From contig CAWEDJ010000069.1 of assembly GCA_963807635.1 (NCBI GenBank), positions 1-64,000 of the forward strand: a stretch of DNA of 64,000 bases, written 5' to 3'. The DNA is from an uncultured cyanobacterium. Lineage in GTDB: Bacteria > Cyanobacteriota > Cyanobacteriia > Cyanobacteriales > Microcystaceae. The position numbers and the translations under genes were made by a program. Position 1 is the stretch's first letter, and every line of letters begins with the position of its first letter. Shown here piece after piece: positions 52,443 to 63,316 of the stretch. The notes beneath the pieces are model-generated. The model had not been told where the DNA came from and did no database searches. It saw nothing but the letters and a program-made list of their open reading frames with translations.

Positions 52443-52661
52443 ATGGCAAGTAATACTCGTGGATTTAGACTCGACTCTGATAATCGTCTCAACAACTTCG
52501 CGATCGAACCCCAAGTTTACGTTGATGAAACCGTACAAGCAGGTTGGACTGAATATGCAGAGAAAATGAATGGACGCTTTGCCATGATTGGCTTTGTTTC
52601 TCTCTTAGCAATGGAAGTAATTACGGGTCACGGTCTTATTGGTTGGTTAACCAGTCTTTAG
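52443..52661 (+). CDS. hli: High-light-inducible protein (paralog of 44715-44933)
   Basis: [13 protein letters not shown]; nearly identical protein to the first copy. Confidence 0.95.
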   Translation: MASNTRGFRLDSDNRLNNFAIEPQVYVDETVQAGWTEYAEKMNGRFAMIGFVSLLAMEVITGHGLIGWLTSL

Positions 52662-52911
52662 TCTTTTAGTATATTGGCGATCGCTCACTCATACTAAACG
52701 AGATTACCTGACTCAGGTAAATGCTCCTATTAGGGCGGACTAAAGCGATAGAAATAAACGACACCAATATTTTTTATAACATTAATTTATATAATGTAGT
52801 TTTTAAGTTTTAACTCACTTTTCAACAATGAACTTTTTGTAACTCTTCCCTATTACTGGGAGGAGTTTTTTGTTATTGAGTCCCAGATAATATTGATGAT
52901 TAAATTGATAG

Positions 52912-53295
52912 TTAATTGACCTGGGCTAAATAGAGATCGGGTCTCAAATTTTGGGCCTGTCGGAGATAGGAATGATGGATTTCTGCCTGGGTTTTAGGGG
53001 TATTGATATAAATTAACACTCGAATACATTTTTCTAAGCTACCTTCTACAGCCATCTGTTGCACATCCAAGAGAGGTACATTGTCCCATTTGGGTCTTTC
53101 CCTGGCGATCGCGGCGGGAAAAATCGCATCGAGATCGCGGGTAGTCGTAAAAATCACACTAACAATCTCTTCAGGATCAACTTGATTGCGGAATTCGATT
53201 GCGTCTAACAATTCACTGACAGCTTCTCGGATAGGGGGGATCGCATTTTCTGAAACCGTTGTTGCTCCCCGAATTGCCCGCACTTTCCACTCCAC
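52912..53295 (-). CDS. aroH: AroH-type chorismate mutase
   Basis: VRAIRGATT, DLDAIFPA, CIRVL, LRPD. Confidence 0.93.
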   Translation of the reverse strand: MEWKVRAIRGATTVSENAIPPIREAVSELLDAIEFRNQVDPEEIVSVIFTTTRDLDAIFPAAIARERPKWDNVPLLDVQQMAVEGSLEKCIRVLIYINTPKTQAEIHHSYLRQAQNLRPDLYLAQVN

Positions 53296-53423
53296 AGTCC
53301 TTGACCTCCAGCGTATCAAAATCAATTTTAAGCATATCACTGCTAGGCAATTGACCCACAGAAAATTGCGATCAATTTCCGATTTTTAGATCAAGTGTCT
53401 CGATTAAGTCGCGATCGCCGAAT

Positions 53424-53762
53424 TCAGACAGATTCAACAGACAATTGGGAAGGAATGACCGTGAGAATGTGGTGCAGATCTTCCCGTACCTTAAATTCTT
53501 CTAATCGTTGGATGACTTGTCCTTGGGCAAATAGCAGTAGGGTAGGCAAATTTTTCAGACGATAGGTATTAGCCAATTGAAAATTACTATCAGCATTAAC
53601 ATTGACGACCATTAGATGGTCTCCCCAATCCGATTGCAATTTGGCTAAAACTGGATTTACAAAGCGACATAACCCGCACCAGGGTGTCCAGAAATAAACT
53701 AGAACAGGTTTGGGAGATTCTAAAACGGTTTCGTTAAATGTCTTTTCATTAACGGACAACAT
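53424..53762 (-). CDS. Atypical thioredoxin (WCGLC; TrxC-like)
   Basis: Thioredoxin fold with WCGLC active site, LPTLLLF. Confidence 0.85.
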   Translation of the reverse strand: MLSVNEKTFNETVLESPKPVLVYFWTPWCGLCRFVNPVLAKLQSDWGDHLMVVNVNADSNFQLANTYRLKNLPTLLLFAQGQVIQRLEEFKVREDLHHILTVIPSQLSVESV

Positions 53763-54019
53763 TGGATGCAGTCTCGATAACTTATCCAAGATCATGCTAC
53801 AACTAATCGGGATCAAGGGGAATAGATAATTTCGATATTACCTGCCCAAAAATTGATGGCTAAGTAGATAGGATATTGATAGGAGTGTGGCAGCGATTTT
53901 TGTGAGACAACTTTGGAGCTGTTAGGGATAACGAGTAAGGCAGAAGTTCAATCGCTAAATCTAATTGAATTTTGGTAAGATATTTGATCTAACAAACCCT
54001 TAGAAACCAGTCTGAATCC

Positions 54020-54664
54020 TTGCCTTATTATTCTCAGTATGCCAACACTTTTTCAGCAACCTATCTTAGGGAGTTGCAGGGAGAAATTTTAGCCTGTCCC
54101 TATTTTGCTGTTAATAATCTCAATCGGGATTTTGTGAATACCAAGGGTTTTTCGGTGGTTTTTCGGCGATCGCATTTAGCCACCGTTGAACAAAAATTTC
54201 CCTATTTTAAACCCTATTTAGACCGTGCTTTGTTACCTGAATGTAATGCTTTTTATCTTAATCCTTTGTTGTTAAAGACGGGTTCTAAAGTTGATCCCCA
54301 CATTGATCGATCGCTCCGTTCCTATTGCAAAACTATTAACCCGCCGTTGTTTGTTAGTGTTCTCTATGTGGAGGTTCCCTCGGATTTAGTGGGAGGAGAA
54401 TTAATTTTGCGATCGCCGAAACGTCAGGTGGGAAAAATTGTACCTCAATCTAATACATTGTTATATTTTCAGGGTGATCTCACCCATTCGGTTAATCCCG
54501 TCAGCAGTCGGGCAATTCGTCTGAGTCTGGTTTGTGAGCAATATAGTTTAGAAGATGAGCAATTGGAAGAAATTCCGACTTTTCAGATAGAGTCTAGGGT
54601 AAACCCCGTTGAAAGACAGAAAAAGAAACCAGGCAAAACGCGATCGCAAAGCGGCACTGTGTGA
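54020..54664 (+). CDS. 2OG-Fe(II) oxygenase superfamily protein
   Basis: HxD (HID), GGEL, distal H (HSV), R.SLV. Confidence 0.8.
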   Translation: MPYYSQYANTFSATYLRELQGEILACPYFAVNNLNRDFVNTKGFSVVFRRSHLATVEQKFPYFKPYLDRALLPECNAFYLNPLLLKTGSKVDPHIDRSLRSYCKTINPPLFVSVLYVEVPSDLVGGELILRSPKRQVGKIVPQSNTLLYFQGDLTHSVNPVSSRAIRLSLVCEQYSLEDEQLEEIPTFQIESRVNPVERQKKKPGKTRSQSGTV

Positions 54665-54739
54665 TCGCATTTTATTTAAGAAAGCAATCGCTTTTTAAGT
54701 GTATTTGAAAAAGACTTACTAAAATAGTTAAACAAAAAG

Positions 54740-55432
54740 ATGAAAATTTTAATCATTGAAGATGATGATCGCATCGCAAAACCCTTAGCAAAAGATTTAA
54801 GATATCAACACCATACCGTTGACTTAGCTAAAGATGGTCTCGAAGGTTGGGAATATAGTCAAGCGACGAAGTATGACCTAATTTTATTAGATTTAATGTT
54901 ACCTAAATTTGATGGAATTACTTTATGTAAAAAATTGCGAGAGAGTAAATGTCAAGCTTTAATTTTGATGCTAACAGCTAGAGATACCACTCAAGATAAG
55001 GTCATTGGTTTAGACGCTGGGGCAGATGATTATTTAGTTAAACCTTTTAAATTAGAAGAGTTATCTGCTAGGATCAGAGCTTTATCTCGGCGACACTCAG
55101 AGCTTATGCCTGCAAATTTAAGTCATGGCAAACTACAATTAAATCCGAGTAATCAAGAAGTAACTTATGATGGTAAAATTCTAATTTTAACACCTAAAGA
55201 ATATATGATTTTAGAATATTTTCTTAAGCATCCCAATCAAGTATTAAGTCGTTCAGCAATTTTAGATAAACTTTGGAATTTTGAAGATTCATCAGGAGAA
55301 GAAACGATTAGAACCCATATCACTAACTTACGAAAAAAAATCAAAAGCGCAGGTAGCCCAGAAGATTTTATTGAAACAGTCTATGGCATTGGTTATAGAT
55401 TAATTCCTGTCACTGACAATACTGAAAAATAA
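54740..55432 (+). CDS. OmpR-family response regulator
   Basis: IEDD, LLDLMLP, GADDYLVKPF, LRKKI, ETVYGIGY. Confidence 0.93.
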   Translation: MKILIIEDDDRIAKPLAKDLRYQHHTVDLAKDGLEGWEYSQATKYDLILLDLMLPKFDGITLCKKLRESKCQALILMLTARDTTQDKVIGLDAGADDYLVKPFKLEELSARIRALSRRHSELMPANLSHGKLQLNPSNQEVTYDGKILILTPKEYMILEYFLKHPNQVLSRSAILDKLWNFEDSSGEETIRTHITNLRKKIKSAGSPEDFIETVYGIGYRLIPVTDNTEK

Positions 55433-55476
55433 TTTTATTAATTAGCTCAACTCTTTATTGAAACCTATTTTAGATT

Positions 55477-56724
55477 TTGTTTAAACAGACTCGTTACCAA
55501 CTACTATTATCATATCTTTTGATTTTCGCGACTATTCTAGGCGTATTTGCTTTGGGTGTTCGTTGGGCCTTTTCCTATAGTTTAAAACAACAAATTATTA
55601 GCAAATTAAGAGTATTAGGTCAAGGAATTTCCTCTGGTGTCGAATGGGAACATAATCAAATAAAAACAGATAATGATTTTAATGTTGAGAAATTACTCAA
55701 TCAAAATCAATCACTGCAATGGTTCGATTCTCAAGGAAAATTATTATCAAACCAGGGAAAAACTTTAATTAATCTGCCTTTATTTAAAGAAAATTCTGGA
55801 AAATTTCAAGAAGAAAATTCTAAAGTTCAAGTTGTTATTCTGCCCATTATTGATAGTGACAATAATAGGTTAATTGGTTATCTCAGAGTGAGTCAATCCT
55901 TAGAAGAACTCCATGAAATTGTAGAAAAGCTGGATTGGGGTTTAGGGATAGGAATTATAGTAGCTTTGGTCTTAAGTGGTGTTGGTGGAATTATTTTAAC
56001 GAATCAAGCAATGCGACCGATTGAAGATAGTTTTAAACGCTTAAAACAGTTTACAGCCGATGCTTCCCATGAATTTCGGAGTCCTTTGATGGCGATCGCC
56101 AGTAATGTGGAGGTTTCCCTTAAATATCCCGTAGGAATGAGAGAAACAGACCGAGAAAGTTTTGAGGTGATCGCAAGTGCAACCAATCAAATGACTCAGT
56201 TAACGGAAGGATTGCTTTTGTTAGCAAGGACAGAAAACAATAATATTGATCAACAAGAAATAGTCAATTTAAAAACGATTATTGAAGAATTAGTTGAATT
56301 TTATCGACCTCAATTTACTGGAAAAAATATTAATTTAAAAACTGAATTAGATCAGTCCTTGTCGATTCAAGGTAATGCTGTGCAACTATCTAGACTTTTT
56401 AGTAATTTAATTGAAAATGCTCTCCACTATACCCCCGTAGAAGGATTAATTGAAATCCAAGGAAAGCAAAAAAAAGATTTTATTGAAATTCAAATAAAAG
56501 ATACGGGGATAGGCATCGCAACGGAAAATTTAGATAAAATTTTTGAACGATTTTGGAGAGCAGATACTTCTCGATCCTATTGGGATGGTGGTTCTGGTTT
56601 AGGATTATCAATTGTTGATGCGATCGCCCAAAATTATGGAGGAAAAATTACTGTTACCAGTCAATTGGAGATCGGCAGTTGTTTTACGGTTTCTTTACCG
56701 ATTAATCTCCGATCTAATCTTTGA
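55477..56724 (+). CDS. Membrane sensor histidine kinase
   Basis: Two TM helices, H-box ADASHEFRSPL, N/G1/F/G2 boxes. Confidence 0.93.
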   Translation: MFKQTRYQLLLSYLLIFATILGVFALGVRWAFSYSLKQQIISKLRVLGQGISSGVEWEHNQIKTDNDFNVEKLLNQNQSLQWFDSQGKLLSNQGKTLINLPLFKENSGKFQEENSKVQVVILPIIDSDNNRLIGYLRVSQSLEELHEIVEKLDWGLGIGIIVALVLSGVGGIILTNQAMRPIEDSFKRLKQFTADASHEFRSPLMAIASNVEVSLKYPVGMRETDRESFEVIASATNQMTQLTEGLLLLARTENNNIDQQEIVNLKTIIEELVEFYRPQFTGKNINLKTELDQSLSIQGNAVQLSRLFSNLIENALHYTPVEGLIEIQGKQKKDFIEIQIKDTGIGIATENLDKIFERFWRADTSRSYWDGGSGLGLSIVDAIAQNYGGKITVTSQLEIGSCFTVSLPINLRSNL

Positions 56725-57466
56725 GAACCCTAATTGGAGCAAGTTTTCTTTGTTGTAGCGTCGTAAAAATAATACAGACTCCCAAAATAGACAGTAGAAC
56801 AATCGAAGAACCAATCGTGCCATAGCCCAAGCCTCCTTTTTCGTGAGGTTTTGTTAAAAAATCTCCTAACGTTGCACCAAAGGGACGAGTGAGAACAAAG
56901 GCAATCCAGAACAACAAAATACCAGAAATTCGAGTATGATAATGAGCCGCTAATACAATTGCAAGTAAGCCAGAAATAAGCAATGCTCCACCCGCAAATC
57001 CAAGACCTGAACTATCTGCTAAAAAGTCTCCTAAAGCTGTTCCCAAGGTATTAGAAAAAAGAATCGTAATCCAATAAAGGATTTCAATTTTGGGGGTTTT
57101 AACGTTATCAACTGAGAGTGAGCCTAGCGTAAATCGCCAAAAAGCTAAGGTTGCCAAAAGAATGGTCACTAAAATAGCCGATCCTGTCGCGTATCCCAAT
57201 CCCAAAGTACGATCCATAAAATCTGATATGGTTGTGCCAGCCGTACTCGTTGAAAGAATGACAGTCCAATACAGCAATGGGTTGTATTTTTTTGACATTA
57301 ATTGAGTAACCAGAGTGACTAAAAAGATACTAATCAAGATAGTAGAACTCATTGCATAGCCTATCTTTAGGGTCATCGATAATAGATCGCCTGCTGTTTC
57401 GCCAAGGGTCGTAGCGCAGATCTTCATGATCCAGAAAAAAGCGGTAATTTGGGGAAGTTTACTCAT
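56714..57466 (-). CDS. COG4705 / DUF347 repeat membrane protein
   Basis: FWIMKICATTLGETAGD, LGTALGD, TRPFGATLGD. Confidence 0.88.
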   Translation of the reverse strand: MSKLPQITAFFWIMKICATTLGETAGDLLSMTLKIGYAMSSTILISIFLVTLVTQLMSKKYNPLLYWTVILSTSTAGTTISDFMDRTLGLGYATGSAILVTILLATLAFWRFTLGSLSVDNVKTPKIEILYWITILFSNTLGTALGDFLADSSGLGFAGGALLISGLLAIVLAAHYHTRISGILLFWIAFVLTRPFGATLGDFLTKPHEKGGLGYGTIGSSIVLLSILGVCIIFTTLQQRKLAPIRVLKD

Positions 57467-57619
57467 TTTACTCCGAGTTATTGTTGAATAATCCTATGTT
57501 GTTTGACTTAATTTATCCTAAAGATCAAAAGTCAAGAACTTTAAAATATTTGGCTAGGAATCAGAGTTTTTTATCTAAATTCCTAGCTACAGTTTTAGAG
57601 AGCTAAAAGTTTAAAAAGC

Positions 57620-57835
57620 CTATTTTTTTCCGTCATCGTTGGTTTCACCGTCATCATCAGAATCCTCTGTCTCTTGATCCTGTTGATGGTTTGGCGCGAT
57701 CGCCTTGATGCTTGCTGGTTTAACTGACTCGCCTAAATTTGGGATCTGGGTGGCATGAACTGCCTTAATTAAAGTCCCCGCCCCTAAAATACCGAATAAA
57801 GCGATAGTTAAGCCGATTTTAGCTGAATTTTTCAT
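57620..57835 (-). CDS. Small secreted protein with acidic tail
   Basis: RBS gaggaag, signal-peptide-like N-terminus, C-terminal ETEDSDDDGETNDD. Confidence 0.7.
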   Translation of the reverse strand: MKNSAKIGLTIALFGILGAGTLIKAVHATQIPNLGESVKPASIKAIAPNHQQDQETEDSDDDGETNDDGKK

Positions 57836-58026
57836 GATTTTCTTCCTCGATTGGAGTTGATAACCATACTTTAGGGAAGAAATATAAAGAACTTAGAAAG
57901 TTTGGCATTATTTATTGCAAATCAAAAAATCAACACAAGTTTGAAGATATATCAAGGAAATTCTGGGGATCATCATAGACTGCGAAAATGGAATTAATGC
58001 AAATCAATCCCTAACGGTGTTATTTC

Positions 58027-58989
58027 ATGCTCCCGAACGAAATGTCAATCCTATCAGTTAAGGAAATTCCTGAGAAAAAAGCGATCGCCTATCAGGATTT
58101 TAATTGTTTGCAAACCCTAACGGGACATTCAGGATCGGTCTATGCGGTAACCTTGACCCCCGATAACCAGCAAATTGTGAGTTGGAGTTTAGATAAAACC
58201 TTAAAAATCTGGAATTTAGCAACGGGAGACTGTTTGAGGACGCAAGCGGGCTTTTCGAGTGTAAATTCTTTCAGTATTACGCCGAACGGTAAAACCTTAA
58301 TTAGTGCGAGTTGGGATGAAACCTTGACGCTGTGGGAATTGGCAACGGGAAAATGCTTGCAACGTTTAGCCAACTTGACGGGAGAAGACGCTTTTGTCAG
58401 TTCTATGGTGATTACCGCAGATGGAAAGAAAATTATCAGTAGTAGTTGGGATAAAACCCTTAAAATCTGGGATTTGGAGACGGGAGAGTGCCTGAGCCAA
58501 CTGGAAGGACATATTGGGGATGTGAACTCCGTGATTTTAAGTCCCGATGGTCAACAGATTTTTAGTGGCAGTTGGGATGCAACCATTCGGCGTTGGGATC
58601 TGGCAACGGGTGAATGCTTGCAAATTCTCAAAAGCCGCTCCCATCAATTTGATTGTTTAGCGATCGCGCCCGATGGACAAACCCTCGTAGCCTCTAGTAA
58701 GGATAAGGCTCTAACTTTTTGGGATTTAGCGACAGGCAAACGTTTAAAAATTATTCGGGGTCATTCCAAAGAAATTGTCGGTATTTTGATCACTCCCGAC
58801 GGAAAAACCCTCATTACGGCGAGTTGGGATGAAACGATCCGCTTTTCAGACTTGGCAACAGGAGACTGTTTTAAAATTCTCAAAGGACATTCAGGTAGAA
58901 TTTGGGCGATCGCCTTAACTAGGGACGGCCAAACTTTGGTGAGTGGTAGTCAGGATAAAACCATCAAAATTTGGGGAATAAGTCCTTAA
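58027..58989 (+). CDS. WD40 repeat protein (7 blades, diverged repeats)
   Basis: Seven GH...PDG...S.D.TLKIW repeats. Confidence 0.9.
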   Translation: MLPNEMSILSVKEIPEKKAIAYQDFNCLQTLTGHSGSVYAVTLTPDNQQIVSWSLDKTLKIWNLATGDCLRTQAGFSSVNSFSITPNGKTLISASWDETLTLWELATGKCLQRLANLTGEDAFVSSMVITADGKKIISSSWDKTLKIWDLETGECLSQLEGHIGDVNSVILSPDGQQIFSGSWDATIRRWDLATGECLQILKSRSHQFDCLAIAPDGQTLVASSKDKALTFWDLATGKRLKIIRGHSKEIVGILITPDGKTLITASWDETIRFSDLATGDCFKILKGHSGRIWAIALTRDGQTLVSGSQDKTIKIWGISP

Positions 58990-59033
58990 TGCGGCATTCC
59001 CCAAAGATTTAGTTTTTAAATTGAATCCTCTCG

Positions 59034-60607
59034 TTATTTTTGGGAACCATCAGACAAAATTCGACCAATAGTACGATTTTCTGGCGTAAAAGTTTCTTTA
59101 GCTACCCGTTGAATATCCGCAGGAGTCACCGCCGCGATCGCCTCCAATTGATTGAATAAATTGCGCCAATCCCCTGTTTTAACCTGATATTCTGCTAATA
59201 AACGAGCCATCCCTGAATTAGAGTCTAACGCACGGAGTAAACCCGCTTGCAGTTGATTTTTTGCTCGTTCTAACTCTTCCTGACTAACAGGCTCAGTTTT
59301 CAGGCGGTCAATTTCCTGACGTAACGCTTCTTCCGCTTGCTCCACCGTTGCTTTCGGGGCAGTTTGGGCATAAAAGAGCATTAAATTAGGATATTTATCG
59401 CCAGGAAAACCATTTTCTCCCTCTGCGACCAAGGCAACCTGTTTTTTTTCTACTAACGATTTATAAAGACGGGCGGTGCGACCATCGCTCATAATCGTTG
59501 AAATGACTTCATAAACCGCATTATCAGGACTATTCAACGCAGGACGGTGATATCCTTCCAAATACCAAGGTTGGGAATTCAATTTGAGCGTTACTTCCTT
59601 GGTTTGCGTTTGTTTCGGTTCGACTTTAGCTAATTTCGGTGGCGCAGATTTTTTCGGGAATCGTCCAAAATATTCATGGGCTAATTGTTTCACTTCTTTA
59701 GGATCAACGTTCCCCACGATCGCGATCGTTAAATTACTGGGCCATAGTACTGCTGGAAAAAATCTTCTATATCTTTGCGTGTCAGATTACGAATATCCTG
59801 GTCATAACCAATCGTCGGACGCTTGTAGGGGTGGACATTGTAGGCTTTATCCAGAAAAGCTTCCACCATCAGCCCAATGGGACTATTATCCGTCCTCATC
59901 CGCCGTTCTTCGAGGATCACCTGTTGTTCCTTATGAAATTCTCGAAAAACAGGTTCCAAGAATCGCTCTGACTCTAAGGACATCCAGAGTTCTAGTTTAT
60001 TGGAAGGGAAACTATAGAAATAAACGGTAGAATCGGTAGAAGTTGCCGCATTAATCCCAACCCCGCCTGATTGCTCAACAATTTGACCAAATTCATTCCG
60101 TTTAACGTATTGTCCTGCTTCGGCTTGGAGTTGCTCGAATTCTTTGGCCAGGGCTTTAGTAGCGGCTTGATCTTTCTGTTTTTCAGCTTGATGAAGTTTG
60201 TTCGCAACTATATCTAATTTATCTAAAAGTATTTCTTCCTTTTGATAATTGGTCGTTCCAATCCTGGGGGTTCCCTTAAAGGCTAAGTGTTCTAAAAAAT
60301 GAGCAACGCCCGTTTTACCATCGGGTTCATTCGCGCCGCCCACGTCTGCATAGGTAAAAAAGGAAACAACGGGAGCATCATGATTTTCCATGACAATAAA
60401 TTTCATGCCGTTGTCTAACTTAAATTCGGTGACTCGACCGATCGCCCGATTGAGATAGGGTTTAATTGAGGTATTCGTCGTGGTGGGAACTGGAGGAGAG
60501 TCTGCCTGGACGATGAGAGGAAAACCTGTCCAAATTAGAGTAATGAGAATGAAAAGTACTGCAAATCGGGGATAATTCCGAGAAAGTTTCGGGAGGAGAT
60601 TCAACAT
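59034..60607 (-). CDS. M16-family zinc peptidase (frameshift near 59740)
   Basis: Inverted zinc motif HFLEH, INAAT, EERRMR, HPY. Confidence 0.92.
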
Positions 60608-60696
60608 AGAGTCGTTAAAATTGCCAAGATCTAGGTTCTATCATAACCGTTACCGCAAAACATTTAATGATCCGCACAATTCGGCGATCGCGATCT

Positions 60697-61677
60697 TTAT
60701 TTTGTTTGAAAAATATTTTGCACCATTTTTTTATTGCTCTTAGCGGCTAGTTGGTCTAATTCCGTTATTTCACTAGAACTTAATTGCCAAGCGATCGCGC
60801 CTAAATTTTGTTTTGCCTGTTCCACACTTTTGGCTCCTGGAATGGGGATCGTTGCTTTGGCAATACACCAGTTGAGGGCAACTTGGGCGATCGTTTTATC
60901 TCTCAATTGGGCTATTTCTTGTAAGGTATGTAAAAGTGGTTGAATTTCAGGAATGATCTGTCGAAAAAGCCAGCCACGAACACCGTTAGGAAACGGGCCA
61001 GATTTTGTATATTTTCCAGTTAATAATCCCAGAGCTAAGGGACTATAGGCAATGAGTCTAATTCCTACTTGATCACAAATTTCTTTGAGTCCTAATTCAG
61101 TGACAGGATAGGTAGAAAGGAGAGAATATTGGACTTGTAAACTGGTGATGGGAATGCCTCTTTCCGCCAATTTTTTCTGGACTTTTTCTAATCGTTTGGG
61201 GCCGTAATTAGAAAGTCCTACGCCTTTGACTAAACCCTGTTCATAGAGATCCGCTAGCCCGTCCAATAAAGCCCATTCTTGCCAGGGTGCGTAATTTGCC
61301 GTTGACCAGTGCATTTGTACCAAATCAATATTTCTACCTAACCGTTGGGCTGAAGCTTGAGCCGCAGTAACAAAAGATTGACGGGTTAATCGCCAAGGAT
61401 AGGGAGCCAATTTAGTGGCAATACAGATTTTTTCACTGTTAGGAACTTGACATTCTTGAGCAAATTTTCCTAACAAACTTTCACTGCGTCCATTTAATTT
61501 CCCTGTGCCGTAGGAATCTCCTGTATCAAAGAGAGTTACGCCATTTTCCACACAGAGATTAAAGACGGCTTGTAATGCTGTGTCCATGCTCTCGTTGTAG
61601 TCCCAAAGGAATCGGTTTCCCCAGGCCCAGGTTCCACAGCCCATGACGGGAAGCAATAATTTTTGATCGGTTGACAT
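60697..61677 (-). CDS. Aldo/keto reductase
   Basis: GTWAWG, DTGDSYG, GVGLSNY, AYSPLALG, IPGAK. Confidence 0.92.
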   Translation of the reverse strand: MSTDQKLLLPVMGCGTWAWGNRFLWDYNESMDTALQAVFNLCVENGVTLFDTGDSYGTGKLNGRSESLLGKFAQECQVPNSEKICIATKLAPYPWRLTRQSFVTAAQASAQRLGRNIDLVQMHWSTANYAPWQEWALLDGLADLYEQGLVKGVGLSNYGPKRLEKVQKKLAERGIPITSLQVQYSLLSTYPVTELGLKEICDQVGIRLIAYSPLALGLLTGKYTKSGPFPNGVRGWLFRQIIPEIQPLLHTLQEIAQLRDKTIAQVALNWCIAKATIPIPGAKSVEQAKQNLGAIAWQLSSSEITELDQLAAKSNKKMVQNIFQTK

Positions 61678-61857
61678 TGGGAAATTATTTAGGGCTTTAG
61701 GAATTTGCAGAAGCTATTAAACATGGCTAAATTCTAACATTCCCGCGATCGGAAAACGGCACTGCGCGATCGCACTTTTTCTAGCTTTTTTGGAAAGGGG
61801 TCGTCTGCAAAAAGATAGACTAAAATGAGTGTACCAGCCTGATTAACAAAATGAGTT

Positions 61858-62142
61858 ATGCCGACACCGACGATTATCGAAACTGATTTGCGCGAAGTTC
61901 TAGCAGAAATGAACAAGAAGCTAGATACAATTTCTAAAGATGTCAATCAAGTGCAGATTCGATTGGCTACTGTGGAGACTAAAGTTGATAATATAGAAAA
62001 ACGATTCGACAAAATGGAACAACAAATTGAAAAGGTCGAAGGTAATCAAAGTAAACAGGTTTGGGCTTTGATTGGGATTTTGTTTACGGCTGTCGTGGCA
62101 ACGTGTATTCGTTTTGTTTTAACAGCTTTACCTCCGACTTAA
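61858..62142 (+). CDS. Small coiled-coil protein with C-terminal TM helix (XhlA-like)
   Basis: Heptad coiled coil followed by VWALIGILFTAVV. Confidence 0.65.
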   Translation: MPTPTIIETDLREVLAEMNKKLDTISKDVNQVQIRLATVETKVDNIEKRFDKMEQQIEKVEGNQSKQVWALIGILFTAVVATCIRFVLTALPPT

Positions 62143-62175
62143 AAGGGAAACCTGATGCTCCATTTCTGGGTTTAA

Positions 62176-62375
62176 CTATTCTTCTTTCTTGTTCTTTATT
62201 CGATTAAAGGCGGCCAGAAAACCTGTTGCTGTGATAGAACCCAGGATAGTAAGCGGTTCGGGGACAGCAGTTGCTGTTGCATATGTGATATTAGGCAAGG
62301 TTTGACCGACTAAAGTGACTCCAGGTGGTGATCCTCCTGGAAAACTAATGTAACCATTATTTGAGTAATAATTAA
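62176..62375 (-). pseudogene. 3' remnant of a PEP-CTERM sorting-domain protein gene, cut by IS insertion
   Basis: Minus strand reads ...ITYATATAVP/EPLTILGSITATGFLAAFNRIKNKKEE* (1-nt shift at VPEP). Confidence 0.75.
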
Positions 62376-62745
62376 CAATACCTTTGCCAAATTACGAGAG
62401 TTCAATTGTTGTAGAAACATTGTGAATACGACCAAGAGAAGTAAGCTTGGCAAAAATCTGGGCTAATAAAATAGGCTCTGGCTGTTCGGGAAGCATTTTT
62501 AACATTGCATGAGCATAGTTCAAACCACGGTAGTAAGCTTTAAGATCAACAATGCCAGAGCCAGGATTATCTTCACGGAACTGAGCTAGAAGAAGATGGG
62601 ATAAATTGACCATGAAAAAAGAAAGGTTAGCCGCATTAGTAACAGAGGTTTGACCGAGGTTCATAAAATCTTCCAATCCCCAAAACTGCTTGGCATCACG
62701 AAAATTAAATTCGATTTGGAAGCGTAGTTTATAGTAGTCGATAAT
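62376..62745 (-). mobile_element. 3' part of an IS4-superfamily-like DDE transposase element
   Basis: YYKLRFQIEFNFRDAKQFWG (Y-x2-R-x3-E-x6-K-type motif); putative terminus caatacctttgccaa at 62376. Confidence 0.8.
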
Positions 62746-62753
62746 TGAGAGTT

Positions 62754-63316
62754 TCAAGCAAGTAATGCTAACTTCCAGTTGCGTAACAAATGAATACTAC
62801 CATTGACTCTAAATCTGGCGAATAAAGCCATAGTCCGGTCAACCATTTCTACTGAGCGAGACACAACTTTCGTTTTTCGATGAAAACGGGCAAACCAATG
62901 GCGATTATCCGAATTATTCCTTTCTATCCCCACTGTTTCGCTCTTCGTAATTACATGAAACGCATCGGGATGCTCGTCTAGCAATTCTCTATAGGGCTTC
63001 CAATCATCTGTGCAGTAGACGGTTACTTTCCATGACAACAACCGTTTCAGCATTTTTGCTAAGGTTTGACTATCACGACCTCCTAACTCCCAGTCGATAA
63101 GTCTCCCACTATTACGGTCATAAGCTTTCCACACCCACAATTTATTCTTTTTTTTTCTATGAAATGCCAGAGTTCGTCTAACTCAACAACTACGGCTATC
63201 CCAGGTTCTGGCTTTTCCTTGTTCAGCTTAGCGAAATCTCTAATCCAATTTAAGATGGCTTGAGCGGAAACATTGAGATGATTAGCGATGGCGTTCATCG
63301 ACATCCCTCCTAAATA
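62754..63316 (-). mobile_element. IS1-family element (InsA/InsB-type, 5' truncated) with -1 frameshift site
   Basis: HTH (LYLGGMSMNAIA), ELDELWHF, A9 run at 63148-63156 joining to KNKLWVWKA, CTDDW..Y, IERNN..RH. Confidence 0.88.
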
